41,102 bases of DNA from Promethearchaeota archaeon (GTDB lineage: Archaea; Asgardarchaeota; Lokiarchaeia; Sigyniarchaeales; SOKP01). The first letter of the stretch is position 1; each line of letters opens with the position of its first letter. The stretch lies in the NCBI GenBank assembly GCA_016930515.1, contig JAFGGO010000021.1, forward strand, positions 1-41,102, read 5' to 3'. The notes under the pieces are model-generated. The model did no database searches. It was not told the origin of the DNA and saw only the letters and a list, made by a program, of their open reading frames with translations. Shown here piece by piece: positions 37,612 through 41,102 of this stretch. Position numbers and translations under genes: made by a program.

Positions 37612-38364
37612 GTGGATATTATAAGATCAAAATGTATTGAAATTAATAATTTTTTATCGATATCTACTGAGAATACCGAATTAATGGACATTCTCAATAA
37701 GTATAATTATTCGGAAGCGGATAAACTTGTCATTCTTGAAAGAATTATCAAGTTTATTTGTTATTTTTCGATGTTCAAGGACATCGTACCGTTTATGAAG
37801 TCGTTGCACTCCTGTATTAAGAAAACGCTTGAAGTTAAGCTCGATTCCATCGACGACCTCAAGAAATTATTGATTAGCAACGCTCTATTGCGCTTTATTT
37901 CTGAATATATTAACTATTCCAAGATGAACCAAAAGGATGCGGTGTTAACCTATTTAGCAGAATCCTTAGAAAAATTGAAATTGCAACCTCTCATCGTAAA
38001 TTTAGGGTTATTGATCAAACCCATGTATAAGGATCAACATTATCTCGATAAATTGACTTCTATCGACGATTCAGAAGTCGTTTATGTTTTTAATAGCGAC
38101 AACGAAATAAAAATCAAGAAAAGAATTGATGCTTGGTTTGATACTCAAGCAATTTGCCTTGAAAACCAAGAGGAAATCAGGGTAAAACTAATCCAAGAAT
38201 TTGATAGGATTAATATGACTGATGCAAGGAAAATCTCTAGGGCATCGGAAAGTTATCAAAAATTACTATCCGAGATCTTGGAAATGTTTTCCTTAAAACT
38301 CACGGTGGTTAGCTTGATGGATTCTATTTCAGAGGAATCCCTAGAACCCTTACCTATAAAATGA
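37612..38364 (+). CDS. Hypothetical all-alpha protein
   Basis: 250-aa ORF with amphipathic helical pattern. The true start may be the ATG near 37684. Confidence 0.7.
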   Translation: MDIIRSKCIEINNFLSISTENTELMDILNKYNYSEADKLVILERIIKFICYFSMFKDIVPFMKSLHSCIKKTLEVKLDSIDDLKKLLISNALLRFISEYINYSKMNQKDAVLTYLAESLEKLKLQPLIVNLGLLIKPMYKDQHYLDKLTSIDDSEVVYVFNSDNEIKIKKRIDAWFDTQAICLENQEEIRVKLIQEFDRINMTDARKISRASESYQKLLSEILEMFSLKLTVVSLMDSISEESLEPLPIK

Positions 38365-38464
38365 TTGTACAATGGTTTAATTGCTACTTTCATTAAAAGT
38401 TTCACATAAATTAATATATGTAAAATTGATATTTATATTTAGAAAAGGATTCAATTTTAGGTAT

Positions 38465-39100
38465 GTGAAGAATTTGGACGAAAATAACAATATCAGTTCC
38501 GAAGAGATTGAAAACCAGAAGAAGCTCGTTGACGAGCTCTACAAGAAGAAAAAGGAAGAAACTGGCGAATACTTTAAGAATATCGAAGGAGACTTGAAGA
38601 AAAGCATTGAAGAAAGCAAGGAAAATATATCGAGCTCTATTAATGAGAAAGCGTTCATAATCGATAGAAAAAAGGAACAAGACGCTCGCATGAAGGAAAT
38701 ACATCCCGACATCATCACTCCTGGTCGAATGATACGCGATTCAGTCGAAGAAAAAGCATTTTTAATCGAGAGAAAGCGAGATTTCGACGAGCAGCGGACG
38801 CAGATCAAGCCCGACGTGGAAGGGGCGGTAAAAGCCATCGAGAAAACCGTTGCTGAAAAGGCGTTCGCAGCCGATAAGCAAAGGGAGCGCGACGAGCAGC
38901 GGGCGCAGATCAAGCCCGACGTGGAAGGTGCGGCAAAAGCCATCGAGAAAATCGTTGCTGAAAAGGCGTTCGCAGCCGATCGACAGCGGGAACGCGACGA
39001 ACAAAGAGCGCAAACGCACGCTGATATCAAGGGCATTGGCGAAAAAATCGAACCAAAAATATCTTCCATTGAGGAAACTAAAAAGGAGAGAAATCTCTAA
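38465..39100 (+). CDS. Charged helical protein with ~4 tandem 35-aa repeats
   Basis: EKAF recurs every 35 aa. Start tentatively set at the in-frame GTG at 38465. Confidence 0.75.
   Translation: MKNLDENNNISSEEIENQKKLVDELYKKKKEETGEYFKNIEGDLKKSIEESKENISSSINEKAFIIDRKKEQDARMKEIHPDIITPGRMIRDSVEEKAFLIERKRDFDEQRTQIKPDVEGAVKAIEKTVAEKAFAADKQRERDEQRAQIKPDVEGAAKAIEKIVAEKAFAADRQRERDEQRAQTHADIKGIGEKIEPKISSIEETKKERNL
38786..39005 (+). repeat. 105-bp tandem coding repeat (two near-identical units plus degenerate flanking units)
   Basis: GACGAGCAGCGG...GATCAAGCCCGACGTGGAAGG... begins at 38786 and 38891; a third GACGA begins at 38996. Confidence 0.9.
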
Positions 39101-39112
39101 TTTTTTTTAAAA

Positions 39113-39625
39113 TTATTCCCATAATAAACTATTCGTACTATTATAAGCCCTGGCTTGACTTAAGTTGAAGCTTTTTAACCGATGTTTGTAATTAACCATT
39201 GCAGGATCAACTACTCCGTTAAATCTGCTTATTTTTGGACCAAATCTGAAGTAAAAATCGTTTACGATTTCGTGGACATATTGTTTTTCCACATTAAGAT
39301 TCGTCTTTTTTGAAATTGCTATGACTAAGAGCCGATCTTTTCTTTCGTACAAGATCCTCATGTTTTTGAAATTAATTTCTTGAATTTCTTCTTCATCATT
39401 TAACTCGTTAATAAACATGTTCATGGCGTTCAAAAAACTACTAATGAGATCTTCGGAAGCATCCGAAAAGTGATATTGATTAGAAAACTTAGTGCTTGCA
39501 AATAAAGCCCCTGTGTGATTATCAAGTATGTAGATGGCATGAAAGATGTTTTCCTCGGGATTTAACTTGTTCAGCTTAAATCCCCCAGAGCTGTTTCTCG
39601 GGCCGTTATTCCATTTTACTACCAT
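39113..39625 (-). CDS. Longin-like domain protein
   Basis: HAIYILDNHTGALF...DLISSFLNAMNMFINEL...IQEINFKNMRILYE...LVIAIS. Same pattern as the N-terminus of 13405-14154. Confidence 0.7.
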   Translation of the reverse strand: MVVKWNNGPRNSSGGFKLNKLNPEENIFHAIYILDNHTGALFASTKFSNQYHFSDASEDLISSFLNAMNMFINELNDEEEIQEINFKNMRILYERKDRLLVIAISKKTNLNVEKQYVHEIVNDFYFRFGPKISRFNGVVDPAMVNYKHRLKSFNLSQARAYNSTNSLLWE

Positions 39626-39912
39626 GTATTCTTTTCTTAAATTCTCTTTTTGTGTTAAAAAAACTATGGAATGGTTTCGTTAAAAAGAAGAATATCATCC
39701 ATATAATATGCATCTATTGTTTGATAGGTTTTAACAATTTTTCAAAAAGAACCATAAAGAGCACATGTCAGTAAACCTTTATTACTTTGATTCATATGTG
39801 TACATTATACAGAAATCCTCTTAATTGGATTTTTTAAGGAAAATTAGGAAAAACTATATTAAAGAAATTAATTTATTTATTTTACATAAAAAAACAAAAT
39901 ACTCAAAATATC

Positions 39913-40374
39913 GTGACCAATATCATGGAAACTGACGAACTGAAAAATAAAATTTCATCGGGTTTGATCATAACGAAAGAACAGATGGATAACAATCCCA
40001 TTTTTCCAGCAGAAATCAAATCAGAAATTACTGAAACGCCGTTTTACCTCTTGATTTACATTCCAAGGGAAGATGTGATTAAAATTAATTGCTTTCCCTT
40101 AAAAACGGATGCGATAAAAAAGATTCTCATAAAATTGACGGAATTCTCTCCCGATCTAGTAAAGGGGATCTCTAATGTCCTCAAGGAACTTAATCTCAGC
40201 AACGACATCATTCACACGACCGGATTGTGTTACGAGATGGAAAAGTGTTTTTACGAGACCTACATATCGGGCGAAGCGTTCAAGTCTGATGATCTATCCG
40301 AAAAGATCAAGCAAAAATTTTCTGCAATAGCAAAAGTCATAGAAGTAATTGTAGAAGATATTCCCAAATCTTGA
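39913..40374 (+). CDS. Hypothetical protein with C-terminal ACT-like domain
   Basis: ILIKL..FSPDLVKGISNVLKELNL..IIHTTG...FYETYI...IAKVIEVIVE gives a beta-alpha-beta-beta-alpha-beta pattern. Confidence 0.6.
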   Translation: MTNIMETDELKNKISSGLIITKEQMDNNPIFPAEIKSEITETPFYLLIYIPREDVIKINCFPLKTDAIKKILIKLTEFSPDLVKGISNVLKELNLSNDIIHTTGLCYEMEKCFYETYISGEAFKSDDLSEKIKQKFSAIAKVIEVIVEDIPKS

Positions 40375-40474
40375 AATGCGATTATAAGCTATTCCTTATT
40401 GCATGATGTATGTTTGTAGGAACTTCCTCGTTATTTTACTCTCTTATTAATAATTTGTATTCTCTTATAGTTGC

Positions 40475-40882
40475 TCATTCAGTCTTAATACCACTCAACG
40501 AGCGCCAGACTTTCCAAAATACGAGCCACATGATGACAAATAGGAAAAACGATGTGGCAAGGGTATATCCTCCAATGAAAGTGTTTACTACTATCATAAA
40601 GGGAAGCCCCGCTACAGAAAAGCCAACCATGTAACCGTATCCCCAGAATCTATTTTTAAGCGATATAAGAACGCCTGGTATCGTTGTCGTGAATATGACC
40701 GAGAAATACGATGGAATCGCCGCGGGGGAGTAATTACTACCCATAACTATTGAATGAATCACGAGCATGTTAATCCAGGAAGTTATAAAACCAATTGCGA
40801 AAAAAAATCCTGTTACTATATCTATTTTGAATTCTGGTTCCTCCCTGCCTATGGTCTGTTCTTTCTTTTTTCTTCCCTTCAT
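40475..40882 (-). CDS. Hypothetical membrane protein (about 4 TM helices)
   Basis: Four hydrophobic segments in 135 aa. Confidence 0.75.
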   Translation of the reverse strand: MKGRKKKEQTIGREEPEFKIDIVTGFFFAIGFITSWINMLVIHSIVMGSNYSPAAIPSYFSVIFTTTIPGVLISLKNRFWGYGYMVGFSVAGLPFMIVVNTFIGGYTLATSFFLFVIMWLVFWKVWRSLSGIKTE

Positions 40883-40915
40883 TCGAACTCAATTTTTCAT
40901 AAATTTGTTATTGTA

Positions 40916-41101
40916 TTACATGAAGTATCGCTTAATATAGTTTTTACCAAATATACTCCAAATATAATTTAAATAATAGGATTGAGATTGGGTTAGAGTT
41001 GCATTTACAATTTTATTATTTTCTTTTGCTCCACTTTCGCATATGCAAAGTTCTTTTGGAAAACTACAATGAGGGCAAATATCTTGTTCTTTCAATGTCT
41101 C
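40916..41101 (-). CDS. Partial ORF with CxxC-x5-LCxC zinc knuckle (window edge)
   Basis: Manual translation: ETLKEQDICPHCSFPKELCICESGAKENNKIVN...RYFM*. Confidence 0.45.
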   Translation of the reverse strand, partial: ETLKEQDICPHCSFPKELCICESGAKENNKIVNATLTQSQSYYLNYIWSIFGKNYIKRYFM

Positions 41102-41102
41102 C

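Noticed and set aside
38786-39005. Possible CRISPR array
   Set aside because: The 105-bp units are contiguous, in frame and lack unique spacers, and no cas genes are present. It is a coding repeat.
38539-39110. Overlapping alternative ORFs (38539-39069 -, 38762-39019 -, 38850-39110 +)
   Set aside because: These are shadow frames caused by the GC-rich, stop-poor repeat.

Overview
AT-rich archaeal chromosomal segment, almost certainly from an Asgard archaeon of Lokiarchaeia type. The evidence is eL22, two Rab-like GTPases, a longin and a longin-roadblock protein, and archaeal aIF1A, aIF2gamma, Spt5 and TFS. It is gene-dense and mostly housekeeping: TusA/DsrE/LysR, Csp, a DUF1998 helicase, acyl-CoA dehydrogenase, Fe-ADH, a DHH nuclease, CitG, form III RuBisCO with R15P isomerase, two radical SAM enzymes, UvrC, LysW and an MFS transporter. 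I saw no CRISPR array, tRNA or mobile element. The stand-out feature lies in the intergenic gap at 19.87-20.06 kb: a circularly permuted 5S rRNA gene. The canonical 3' portion (loop C to helix I 3' strand) comes first, a UUUG loop follows, and the canonical 5' portion comes last. The flanks pair into a long stem carrying a bulge-helix-bulge-type motif. Standard endonuclease cleavage there, followed by ligation, would give a 121-nt circle that restores a 13-nt loop C. All calls come from reading motifs by eye; no searches or folding programs were run.
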